Shown: positions 28,218 to 40,674 of the stretch, piece by piece
How positions within the stretch are numbered: the stretch's first letter is position 1
Layout of the letters: each line of letters begins with the position of its first letter
Source of the DNA: Lytechinus pictus
Taxonomy: Eukaryota
DNA: 64,000 nucleotides
Assembly (NCBI RefSeq): GCF_037042905.1
Contig: NC_087245.1
Span: 1,116,001 to 1,180,000 of the forward strand
Direction: 5' to 3'
Position numbers and translations under genes: made by a program
The notes under the pieces: generated by a model
Told to the model about the DNA's origin: nothing
The model's input: only the letters and a program-made list of their open reading frames with translations
Database searches by the model: none

Positions 28218-28611
28218 TTCCCACGATTTCAATCTCACATCATCTGCGATTATCATCCGTAAACATCATTCTTTACGATGTATGTACTCTGCTTGTATCC
28301 CTCCCTTACCTCGCCTTTTTGACTCGTGAATAAGGAACACACGAACGAGATGTTGAAGGCATGTCTCCCCATCCTCGCTCGCCTACTCCAAGACAAAAGA
28401 CTTGCTAACTTTCCCACGCTTCAGCCACGCGTCTGCGGCTATTCATTGGCCCCTTCGTAACGGCTTCCCTCAGCCAGTCCCGAGCCGTGAGAAAAACTCA
28501 ACGTCCCCCATTGTTAGCACAACGGAAAAAATCATAGTTTCGCCTATACTGTTCATTTCATTTTTACACTTAATGCTCCGCTTAATTGTTTTATTTCCAT
28601 GCTTTCCCACC
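28218..28611. promoter_or_regulatory. Candidate Su(H)/CSL site cluster downstream of Hey
   Basis: TTCCCACG at 28218 and 28411, CGTGAGAA at 28486, TTCCCACC at 28604, and CACGCG at 28426. Confidence 0.5.
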
Positions 28612-29720
28612 GATCTACCGCTATGGACCCCCGTAAACCACATAGTTGGACAATGCAAATATGCATGAATTAAAAACCAGTGATGGGAAAATTTGATCAA
28701 TACCAAAAGGAGAGAGACAAATAACGAGTTAGGATCAAGTTATGATAAAACTACGAATGCCCCTACATCGATCAGCTGTCCCCATCCAGGCATTGATTTA
28801 AAATTACACATATCAAACTTCACAGAAATATTTTGTTATGGATTGCCATGGAAACAATGCTGATAATAGGCGCAGGTGCGTTCCAGGTCTGTCAAATAAT
28901 GTGTGTGAAAATATAACGGGCATGCAGGTATTCTTTTGAGTTACAATGTCCATTCCAATATGCAAAATATAAATGTGGTTGGTAATAATAATTATCTTAA
29001 AATATGTCTTGATGAACATCCATTTGATTTTCAACCGATTTTTTTTTTTATGGATTTTTATTTTGGATCAGGCGGCGTTGGAGCGTTTATCTAAGTGGGA
29101 GAGTAACCTATAAGGGACACACACTTTTTTTCCTGATCACTCCAAACTTTTTTAAATATTATGATTTATCATTCATTTGCTTATGTAATGTTTTATAGTG
29201 AACTTTGAAGTAAAGGATTTGTATGTTGTTGAGTTATTAATAAAAACATTTACAAAAAAGAGAAATCAAATCATATAGGGATAAAGGGGAACATTGCTAT
29301 TTTCAGAACTACTGCAATTGATTTATACATTATCGAAAATGATTTTCGATACTTAGTTAAATAACCTGCATGGTAACTGTCTTATGTATCAAACAATAAA
29401 ACTAGTCCAGAAAGTGATTAGGGTAGGGGAGTGGCTAAACAAATAGTTACCCACCCCCCCCAAAAAAAAAAAAAAAACGGAAGGAAACAAGAGACAATGA
29501 GGAGGAGGCAGGAGAAGGAGTAGTAGAAGAAGAAGAGAAGAAAAGGAAAATGAAGAAAGCGGAGTGAGCAAATGATAAAAAGAAAATTTTCTCCGAAACA
29601 TGATTCGTTTAAAACTTAAATAAACTAAGTAGTACATAGATTTAAACCTATAGAATTCGTAACTTAAATTATTTTTCTAATGTACATTTCAATGAATTAT
29701 TTTTTTTTATGGTCAGACCC

Positions 29721-31948
29721 TGATGCGGAAATCCCAGGGGGACAGGGGGGACGTGCCCCCCTACCAAAATAGTAGGGGGACACAATATCAAATGTCCCCC
29801 CTACTATTTTTGGTCTTTTATGATGGAGAAAAATGCATCATTCACATTCGAAATAATACATGTATTTTGGACTAAATGACCTTACATTTTGGGTGAAAAC
29901 CTTCTTTTTTTTTGGGAGGGGGGGGGGGGGGGCTTGTCAAATTTTCCAGAGTGACTAAAATAAGATGAGGGGAAGATTTGGAAAATAAAAATAATCTTTC
30001 ATGTCACTATATGAAATTTTCGCTCGCATTGCCTGCCAGATGATTTTTCAATATGGAGCTTAAATATCAAGTTTGGAAGTCAACATACATTACACATTTC
30101 ACCTTGGAAATCGAACTTTCATTATTTTGTGTGATTTACAAACTGATTTTTTTTAAAGTGCTCTGTAAAAGTGACAGCTTCATGGTCTGAATATTGACAT
30201 TTTCTGCTCGCACTGAGCGCTCGCAAATTTCGATTTATTAAGTACCCGTACCTATTATTTTTGTGTATTCCATTTAGTTTGAAAAAAATCAAGTCTGATT
30301 GTCAAAACGTATCAGAGAGCGCTGGCTACTCGCTCGCATTTTAATTGGCGATTTATGTATGTCTCAATATTGATTTTCATGACAGTTTATCAAAGATTTT
30401 GGCTCGCGATTTGCGCTCGCATTAATGGTTAAAAATATTTTGACTGATGCATTACAAAATTGCTTGAAATGTCCAGTTTTCAGGCCATAATATCTTCAGA
30501 TTTCTCGCCCTCATTAGGCATTAATAAATAAGATATCAATAATTTAACGATTAAATTGTCCCTTTTGTTTCATCTCGCGCTTACCAAGAGGAATAGGAAG
30601 ATAGTCATCATTTTCATATGACATGTCTCAAGGATGTCCCGGTCCTATGTCAAAACTCAAATAACAATGAAAAATATCAGCTCTTTATTAAGTGCGATCC
30701 ATATCCACCTCACAATTTTCCTACAAAGTGCTTGAAATATATAGCTGAAATTGACTCTTTTTCAGATTTTTCATGATAAAAGAGGTGTAGAATGCCTAGA
30801 TTCTAGGTCTAAATCTGAAACACGCGCATGTTTATTCAGATATTCAACTTGTTCTATATTTAAATCATTATCCAGTTTCAGATCACAATATCAAAAATGT
30901 TCTGCTCGTGATTTGTGCTCGCATTATTAATGTAGAAAGATCCCCTATTACTCATCCTTTTCATGATTTACAAATAACATGAATAGAGTGTCCCGTTTTT
31001 AGGTCTAAATCTCGAATTTTTCTGCTCGCGCTTCGCTTGCATCAATTGGTTAGTTATATAGCCACCCTGTTCACGATTACTAAAATTGATTAAAATTTTC
31101 TATTCTTTTTGTAGAAATGTCAACAATTTTCAGCTCGCGATTCGCGCTAGCATTATTTGATTGTTGAAATATGTAACGTCTTCATGGCTAAGTGCAAGCA
31201 GTCCTTAACAAGTACCTTTTCGATCAGTTCAAATAAAAAAAAAACATTTTATGGCTGCACTTTGCACTCGCATTATTAATGAAAGGACCGGGTGTAAGGA
31301 AGGCCCCCAATTACTCATCCTTTTCATGATTTATAAAACATGAATAGAGTGTCTCGTTCTTAGGGCTAAATCTCAAAATTTTCCGCTCGCGCTTCGCATC
31401 AATTGTTAAGTTATATACCTATTATATGTTTCAGTTACAAAAAGTGCTTAGAATTTCCATTCTTTAGGCAAAAATTTCAAAAAAAATTAAGCTCGCGCTT
31501 CGCGCTCGCATTATTTGATTGTTGAAATATGTAACGTATTCATGGCTAACCTTTTCCATCAGTTAACATCTGCTCGCACTTCGCGTTCGAAGTAATTATT
31601 TAGTTGCATATACATTTTTTTCAGGATAACAAACATTGCCCAGAATGTTCAAAATTTAGGAAAATATACATAAAATTCCCCCCCCAAAAAAAAAAATTGC
31701 TCGCGCTTCGCACTCGCATTATATAGATAAGGATTATGATATTATATATTTATGTTGAATTATAAGAATAAAGCTAAAAAGTGGCCATGAGGACTACTCC
31801 TTCAATGAAACAAACAAAAATCATCTTCAAGCGGCCAATCGGGGATTAACATATGGCTGAAAAAAAATATTCGCCCCCCCCCCAATTGGCGAAGGCTGGA
31901 TCCGCCCCTGTTGTCCCCCCTACCTTTCGGGACAGATTTCCGCCCATG
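29721..31948. mobile_element. About 2.2 kb non-autonomous element with short TIRs and about 11 GCTCGCGCTTCGCGCTCGCATT motifs
   Basis: Termini GCGGAAATC / GATTTCCGC(CCATG). Internal tandem duplication of about 360 bp (about 30900-31255 vs 31255-31600). A nested terminus CTGGATCCGCCCCTG lies near 31896-31910. Confidence 0.7.
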
Positions 31949-33546
31949 CATGCATGTATTGCTGATAATCAACAACTAGTTAGTATACTTACGGCTGTAC
32001 GAGCGTAGCAAGATATTCTTAAAATAATATCATGCTGCCTTCTATTGAATCAATAATTGCGAAAGCAATCATTATTCGCTAGAAAAAAAGAAAGGATCGA
32101 TAACTCGAAATATTTTGATTCCTATACAGTTATAAGACCACTGTATTAAATCTCATATTTTTATTTATTTTTTATTAGGGGGGTGTTAAGGGGATATCCT
32201 AGATAAGTAATTCTACTTATGTTATCACTCCACTGTATTATAATACTAGTATTCTGACTTTGTACACTTTTATTTTGATTGTGGAAATCCAATAAATTCA
32301 ATTAAAAACACTCCATAGAAAAGCGACTGGTAATTAGCATGATTAGTGCAAAGTTAAAAATCGAAAAGGAGGTTTCCTTTGTCTCTGATTTAAGCCATAT
32401 GGTGCAAACGAGCTCTTTTGGGTGAATTTTAAAAAGTTGTATTTTACTGAAAATGTTCACTAAATTCACCAAAAGTGTGCACGAAATCCTTCAATTTTCA
32501 CTTATAAAAGTACCCATGACAAGAACACGGGAAATAATTTCTGCGTACGGTCATGTACCGTCATGCTCTGAGGAAATTGATAAGCAAAACATTCAAAAAT
32601 CAAGCAGTATAAGATAAACACTTTCTGTAGTGAGAAAAATGTCGTCTCACAATGAATATACTGGCAATACATCTGGCTTGGTAAATCTGCATACTTTATT
32701 AAACTTTGAGATGAATGTGGAATACAAGTGAGCACAGCGAACAAGGAAAAGCAAACAGAAAGAGACTATAAACTCTCACAAAACCTTCCCTGATTTTTAC
32801 CATTTTTTTTTCATTTAGTTGTTGTTTTTTATTCCCTTGTTCCAATTTATCATCAAATTTCCCTTTCAATGCTGCAGAGTCTGATATGGGAGGATGAAAC
32901 GATATAAACAATATTGATTCAGGACCTTGCACCAGCCACACGACCTTATTTCTTATTGTCATCTTGTATTGTCTCACTGTAGACTATTTATATTTGGAAT
33001 AATATCATTGTGATAGTGCGTTCACTGAATAAACACAATAAACTATGCGGGCAGTGCTTGTACACCTGTGTACAAGCGTAAAATAAAACATTAAAAGTTG
33101 TTTGCTAACAAGTTTTGTGTTTGGAAGATCTATTTGAAATCCGTATTACGCGGGGGAAATAGCAAAAGTATATCTTGAAAATTACATGTTAAGGGGCTTT
33201 CACACCAAGTTCTGCCACGTCTCCTTCATCTGTCATTTTTGTTCTTTCAATACGTTTTAAGAACATGCAGATTCTCATTCCTAAATAGTCTCAAAAGATT
33301 TGATAGCGATGTATGATGCTGTCAGTTTCATGGGAAAACTGAAAAGGAATTTATGTTGAAAATAGTTGATTGGGAATATTTCCTGTTATTTTTTAGTACA
33401 AAACCTAGATATATTAGCAACGTGACGAAATATATTTCACAGCTAAATTGTGATCTGAAATTGTGCATAATATTGTATAACAATGAATTGTGAGGTGTTT
33501 GAAAATACATTATCATTTGACAATTAAAACAGTATCTAAAGGAACT

Positions 33547-33607
33547 GGGGGGGGGGGTTGGTGCTTGTGTTGATGGTTTTGAGATGGAGTGTTCGTGTTT
33601 GAGGGTC

Positions 33608-33644
<37 letters not shown>

Positions 33645-34709
33645 GGGGGGGGTTGGTGCTTGTGTTGATGGTTTTGAGATGGAGTGTTCGTGTTTGAGGG
33701 TCTGTGTGTGTGAGAGAGAGAGAGAGAGGAGGGGGGGGGTTGGTGCTTGTGTTGATGGTTTTGAGATGGAGTGTTCGTGTTTGAGGGTCTGTGTGTGTGT
33801 GTGTGAGAGAGAGAGGAGGGGGGGGGGTTGGTGCTTGTGTTGATGGTTTTGAGATGGAGTGTTCGTGTTTGAGGGTCTGTGTGTGTGTGTGTGAGAGAGA
33901 GGAGGGGGGGGGGTTGGTGCTTGTGTTGATGGTTTTGAGATGGAGTGTTCGTGTTTGAGGGTCTGTGTGTGTGTGTGTGTGAGAGGAGGGGGGGGGTGGT
34001 TGGTGCTTGTGTTGATGGTTTTGAGATGGAGTGTTCGTGTTTGAGGGTCTGTGTGTGTGTGTGTGTGAGAGAGAGAGGAGGGGGGTGGTGCTTGTGTTGA
34101 TGGTTTTGAGATGAAGAGAGAGAGGGGGGGGGGGGGTTGGTGCTTGTGTTGATGGTTTTGAGATGGAGTGTTCGTGTTTGAGGGTCTGTGTGTGTGAGAG
34201 AGAGAGAGAGAGGAGGAGGGGGGGGGGTTGGTGCTTGTGTTGATGGTTTTGAGATGGAGTGTTCGTGTTTGAGGGTCTGTGTCTGTGTGTGTGTGAGAGA
34301 GGAGGGGGGGTGGTTGGTGCTTGTGTTGATGGTTTTGAGATGGAGTGTTCGTGTTTGGGGGTCTGTGTGTGTGAGAGAGAGGGGGGGGGTGGTGCTTGTG
34401 TTGATGGTTTTGAGATGGAGTGTTCGTGTTTGAGGGTCTGTGTGTGTGAGAGAGAGAGAGAGAGGAGGGGGGGGGGGGGGGTTGGTGCTTGTGTTGATGG
34501 TTTTGAGATGGAGTGTTCGTGTTTGAGGGTCTGTGTGTGTGTGTGAGAGAGAGAGAGGAGGGGGGGGGGGTTGGTGCTTGTGTTGATGGTTTTGAGATGG
34601 AGTGTTCGTGTTTGAGGGTCTGTGTGTGTGAGAGAGAGAGAGAGAGGAGGGGGGGGGGGTTGGTGCTTGTGTTGATGGTTTTGAGATGGAGTGTTCGTGT
34701 TTGAGGGTC

Positions 34710-34744
<35 letters not shown>

Positions 34745-34888
34745 GGGGGGTTGGTGCTTGTGTTGATGGTTTTGAGATGGAGTGTTCGTGTTTGAGGGTC
34801 TGTGTGTGTGAGAGAGAGAGAGAGAGGAGGGGGGGGGGTTGGTGCTTGTGTTGATGGTTTTGAGATGGAGTGTTCGTGTTTGAGGGTC

Positions 34889-34920
<32 letters not shown>

Positions 34921-35068
34921 GAGGGGGGTTGGCGCTTGTGTTGATGGTTTTGAGATGGAGTGTTCGTGTTTGAGGGTCTGTGTGTGTGAGAGAGAGAGAG
35001 AGAGAGAGGAGGGGGGGGTTGGTGCTTGTGTTGATGGTTTTGAGATGGAGTGTTCGTGTTTGAGGGTC

Positions 35069-35103
<35 letters not shown>

Positions 35104-35248
35104 GGGGGGGTTGGTGCTTGTGTTGATGGTTTTGAGATGGAGTGTTCGTGTTTGAGGGTCTGTGTGTGTGAGAGAGAGAGAGAGAGGAGGGGGGGGGGTT
35201 GGTGCTTGTGTTGATGGTTTTGAGATGGAGTGTTCGTGTTTGAGGGTC

Positions 35249-35283
<35 letters not shown>

Positions 35284-35425
35284 GGGGGGTTGGTGCTTGT
35301 GTTGATGGTTTTGAGATGGAGTGTTCGTGTTTGAGGGTCTGTGTGTGTGAGAGAGAGAGAGAGGAGGGGGGGGGGTTGGTGCTTGTGTTGATGGTTTTGA
35401 GATGGAGTGTTCGTGTTTGAGGGTC

Positions 35426-35457
<32 letters not shown>

Positions 35458-36234
35458 GAGGGGGGGTTGGTGCTTGTGTTGATGGTTTTGAGATGGAGTG
35501 TTCGTGTTTGAGGGTCTGTGTGTGTGAGAGAGAGAGAGAGAAGAGGGGGGGGGGGGGTTGGTGCTTGTGTTGATGGTTTTGAGATGGAGTGTTCGTGTTT
35601 GAGGGTCTGTGTGTGTGTGTGAGAGAGAGAGAGGAGGGGGGGGGGGGGTTGGTGCTTGTGTTGATGGTTTTGAGATGGAGTGTTCGTGTTTGAGGGTCTG
35701 TGTGTGTGAGAGAGAGAGAGAGAGGAGGGGGGGGGGGTTGGTGCTTGTGTTGATGGTTTTGAGATGGAGTGTTCGTGTTTGAGGGTCTGTGTGTGTGTGT
35801 GAGAGAGAGAGAGGAGGGGGGGGGGTTGGTGCTTGTGTTGATGGTTTTGAGATGGAGTGTTCGTGTTTGAGGGTCTGTGTGTGTGTGTGAGAGAGAGAGA
35901 GGAGGGGGGGGGGTGGTGCTTGTGTTGATGGTTTTGAGATGGAGTGTTCGTGTTTGAGGGTCTGTGTGTGTGAGAGAGAGAGAGAGAGGAGGGGGGGGTG
36001 GGTGGGGTTGGTGCTTGTGTTGATGGTTTTGAGATGGAGTGTTCGTGTTTGAGGGTCTGTGTGTGTGAGAGAGAGAGAGAGAGGAGGGGGGGGGGGTTGG
36101 TGCTTGTGTTGATGGTTTTGAGATGGAGTGTTCGTGTTTGAGGGTCTGTGTGTGTGAGAGAGAGAGAGAGAGGAGGGGGGGGGGTTGGTGCTTGTGTTGA
36201 TGGTTTTGAGATGGAGTGTTCGTGTTTGAGGGTC

Positions 36235-36271
<37 letters not shown>

Positions 36272-37790
36272 GGGGGGTTGGTGCTTGTGTTGATGGTTTT
36301 GAGATGGAGTGTTCGTGTTTGAGGGTCTGTGTCTGTGTGTGAGAGAGAGAGAGAGGAGGGGGGGGGGTTGGTGCTTGTGTTGATGGTTTTGAGATGGAGT
36401 GTTCGTGTTTGAGGGTCTGTGTGTGTGTGTGTGTGAGAGGAGGGGGGGGGTGGTTGGTGCTTGTGTTGATGGTTTTGAGATGGAGTGTTCGTGTTTGAGG
36501 GTCTGTGTGTGTGTGTGTGTGTGAGAGAGAGGAGGGGGGGTGGTGCTTGTGTTGATGGTTTTGAGATGGAGTGTTCGTGTTTGAGGGTCTGTGTGTGTGA
36601 GAGAGAGAGAGGGGGGGGGGTTGGTGCTTGTGTTGATGGTTTTGAGATGGAGTGTTCGTGTTTGAGGGTCTGTGTGTGTGTGTGTGAGAGAGAGAGAGAG
36701 GGGGGGGTGGTGCTTGTGTTGATGGTTTTGAGATGGAGTGTTCGTGTTTGAGGGTCTGTGTGTGTGTGTGTGTGAGAGGAGGGGGGGTGGTGCTTGTGTT
36801 GATGGTTTTGAGATGGAGTGTTCGTGTTTGAGGGTCTGTGTCTGTGTGTGAGACAGAGAGAGAGGAGGGGGGGGGGTTGGTGCTTGTGTTGATGGTTTTG
36901 AGATGGAGTGTTCGTGTTTGAGGGTCTGTGTGTGTGTGTGTGTGAGAGGAGGGGGGGTGGTTGGTGCTTGTGTTGATGGTTTTGAGATGGAGTGTTCGTG
37001 TTTGAGGGTCTGTGTGTGTGTGTGTGTGTGAGAGAGAGGAGGGGGGGTGGTTGGTGCTTGTGTTGATGGTTTTGAGATGGAGTGTTCGTGTTTGAGGGTC
37101 TGTGTGTGTGAGAGAGAGAGAGAGGAGGGGGGGGGGTTGGTGCTTGTGTTGATGGTTTTGAGATGGAGTGTTCGTGTTTGAGGGTCTGTGTGTGTGTGTG
37201 AGAGAGAGAGAGGAGGGGGGGGGGGTTGGTGCTTGTGTTGATGGTTTTGAGATGGAGTGTTCGTGTTTGAGGGTCTGTGTGTGTGAGAGAGAGAGAGAGA
37301 GGAGGGGGGGGGGGTTGGTGCTTGTGTTGATGGTTTTGAGATGGAGTGTTCGTGTTTGAGGGTCTGTGTGTGTGTGTGTGTGAGAGAGGAGGGGGGTGGT
37401 TGGTGCTTGTGTTGATGGTTTTGAGATGGAGTGTTCGTGTTTGAGGGTCTGTGTGTGTGAGAGAGAGGGGGGGGGGGTGGTGCTTGTGTTGATGGTTTTG
37501 AGATGGAGTGTTCGTGTTTGAGGGTCTGTGTGTGTGAGAGAGAGAGAGAGAGGAGGGGGGGGGGTTGGTGCTTGTGTTGATGGTTTTGAGATGGAGTGTT
37601 CGTGTTTGAGGGTCTGTGTGTGTGAGAGAGAGAGAGAGGAGGGGGGGGGGTTGGTGCTTGTGTTGATGGTTTTGAGATGGAGTGTTCGTGTTTGAGGGTC
37701 TGTGTCTGTGTGTGAGAGAGAGAGAGAGGAGGGGGGGGGGTTGGTGCTTGTGTTGATGGTTTTGAGATGGAGTGTTCGTGTTTGAGGGTC

Positions 37791-37821
<31 letters not shown>

Positions 37822-38238
37822 GGAGGGGGGGGGGGTTGGTGCTTGTGTTGATGGTTTTGAGATGGAGTGTTCGTGTTTGAGGGTCTGTGTGTGTGAGAGA
37901 GAGAGAGAGAGGAGGGGGGGTGGTGCTTGTGTTGATGGTTTTGAGATGGAGTGTTCGTGTTTGAGGGTCTGTGTGTGTGAGAGAGAGAGAGAGAGGAGTG
38001 GGGGGTGGGGTTGGTGCTTGTGTTGATGGTTTTGAGATGGAGTGTTCGTGTTTGAGGGTCTGTGTGTGTGAGAGAGAGAGAGAGAGGAGGGGGGGGGGGG
38101 TTGGTGCTTGTGTTGATGGTTTTGAGATGGAGTGTTCGTGTTTGAGGGTATGTGTGTGAGAGAGAGAGAGAGAGAGGAGGGGGGGGGGTTGGTGCTTGTG
38201 TTGATGGTTTTGAGATGGAGTGTTCGTGTTTGAGGGTC

Positions 38239-38275
<37 letters not shown>

Positions 38276-38512
38276 GGGGGGGGGTTGGTGCTTGTGTTGA
38301 TGGTTTTGAAATGGAGTGTTCGTGTTTGAGGGTCTGTGTGTGTGAGAGAGAGAGAGAGGAGGGGGGGGGGGTTGGTGCTTGTGTTGATGGTTTTGAGATG
38401 GAGTGTTCGTGTTTGAGGGTCTGTGTCTGTGTGTGAGAGAGAGAGAGAGGAGGGGGGGGGGGTTGGTGCTTGTGTTGATGGTTTTGAGATGGAGTGTTCG
38501 TGTTTGAGGGTC

Positions 38513-38548
<36 letters not shown>

Positions 38549-38966
38549 GAGGGGGGGGGGGGTTGGTGCTTGTGTTGATGGTTTTGAGATGGAGTGTTCG
38601 TGTTTGAGGGTCTGTGTGTGTGTGTGAGAGAGAGAGAGGAGGGGGGGTGGTGCTTGTGTTGATGGTTTTGAGATGGAGTGTTCGTGTTTGAGGGTCTGTG
38701 TGTGTGTGAGAGAGAGAGAGAGGAGGGGGGGGGGTGGGGTTGGTGCTTGTGTTGATGGTTTTGAGATGGAGTGTTCGTGTTTGAGGGTCTGTGTGTGTGA
38801 GAGAGAGAGAGAGAGGAGGGGGGGGGGGTTGGTGCTTGTGTTGATGGTTTTGAGATGGAGTGTTCGTGTTTGAGGGTATGTGTGTGAGAGAGAGAGAGAG
38901 AGAGGAGGGGGGGGGGTTGGTGCTTGTGTTGATGGTTTTGAGATGGAGTGTTCGTGTTTGAGGGTC

Positions 38967-39003
<37 letters not shown>

Positions 39004-39364
39004 GGGGGGGGGTTGGTGCTTGTGTTGATGGTTTTGAGATGGAGTGTTCGTGTTTGAGGGTCTGTGTGTGTGTGTGTGAGAGAGAGAGAGAGGGGGGGGG
39101 GGTGGTGCTTGTGTTGATGGTTTTGAGATGGAGTGTTCGTGTTTGAGGGTCTGTGTGTGTGTGTGTGAGAGAGAGAGAGGGGGGGGGGTGGTGCTTGTGT
39201 TGATGGTTTTGAGATGGAGTGTTCGTGTTTGAGGGTCTGTGTGTGTGTGTGTGTGAGAGAGAGGAGGGGGGGGGGTTGGTGCTTGTGTTGATGGTTTTGA
39301 GATGGAGTGTTCGTGTTTGAGGGTCTGTGTGTGTGTGTGAGAGAGAGAGGAGGGGGGGGGGGGG
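33547..39364 (+). repeat. Composite satellite: roughly 70-75 units of about 70-90 bp, each a constant 50-nt core plus variable (TG)n(GA)nGGA(G)n
   Basis: The core TTGGTGCTTGTGTTGATGGTTTTGAGATGGAGTGTTCGTGTTTGAGGGTC repeats almost invariantly over 5.8 kb. The copy number is estimated from length. Confidence 0.98.
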
Positions 39365-40071
39365 TGCAGCGGATTATCTCATTCCTTGGCCTGGCCCGTC
39401 AACCATCGTTTGGTATGAATTTTCCATGCACCGATAGACGTCATAGCTTTTTGGAGCCCAACAAGCTTTTAAGATTTTGAAGCAATTCATTCTCGAGGTT
39501 CTTGCTTCATTTTAAATATACTGTTGTCTAGTTTATGTCGTTTACTCTGCCTTTTTATTTTTGTTATAATTATTTTTTTCCTCTCTTCAAATAATTTCAA
39601 TCGCGTGTATATATTTTAATTTCCATTGATCTGTTTTATACCCAAACATTGGAGATTTGTTTATATATCGTGTATTATATGTTGTGCATTGGCTTTAATA
39701 AATACATAAATAAAAAAATTAATTAAAAAAAGTATTTTAAGGAACTTCCAACAGACAAAAATTGAAGATTAGATTGTTGGAATAAACATGTATTTATTTA
39801 TAGTGCTATATGCCCTTGTTGCGGCCACATACAGCCAGTCGAGTAATTTCATATTTTATTTTAAGATAAAATTATTTTTGCTTGCCCTGTGAAAATGAGC
39901 AACGTGACAGCTCAAGTTATTCGACCAGAGGTATGGCGGAAAGTAATCATCATCTTTAACACATTTCCTTTGTAACTTATCATCAGGTCTGTAGTCAGGC
40001 AGGAACCTGCTGCTGTCTCGAATGTGCAAGAAAATCGAATGAAGCATATTATGCCCAAGATACTTGCGGTA

Positions 40072-40674
40072 TTAAAGGACAAGTCCACCCCAACAAAAAC
40101 TTGATTTGAATAAAAAGAGAAAAATTCAACAAGCATAATACTGAAAATTTCATCAAAATCGGATGTAAAATAAGAAAGTTATGGCATTTTAAAGTTTAGC
40201 TTCATTTCACAAAACAGTTATATGCACATCTCGGTCATTATGCAAATGAGGAACTGATTACATCACTCACTCACTATTTCTTTTGTATTTTATTACATGA
40301 AATATGTTTATTTTCTCGTCATTGTCATGTGAAATGAAGTTTCATTCCTCCCTGAACACGTGGAATTCCATTATTTTAACATTTTGTGCTTCAGGCAAGG
40401 AGGTCCTAATCGTCAAATTCGTAAAAATTGAAATATTGTATAATTCAAACAATAAAAAACAAAAGAAATAGTGAGTGAGTGACATCATCGACTCTCTCAT
40501 TTGGATGTAACTGGCTCGTTCATATAAATATTTTGTTAAAAATAAGCGAAACTTTGAGATGTCATAACTTTCTTATTTTACATCCGATTTTGATGAAATT
40601 TTCAGCATTGTGCTTGTCTGATTTTTCTCTATTGATTCAAATCAACATTTTTCTGAGGTGGACTTGACCTTTAA
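40072..40674. mobile_element. Kolobok-like TTAA MITE, copy 2
   Basis: TTAA|AGGACAAGTCCACCCCA ... TGAGGTGGACTTGACCT|TTAA; same family and orientation as 82-689. Confidence 0.88.

Noticed and set aside
33589..39146. Many ORFs encoding MECSCLRVCVCERER.. repeats
   Set aside because: These are by-products of the satellite. Frames shift at random with microsatellite length, and there is no splice or codon evidence.
33547..39364. CRISPR-like repeat-spacer appearance
   Set aside because: The spacers are only length variants of (TG)(GA)(G). There are no cas genes or leader, and the context is eukaryotic with spliced genes.
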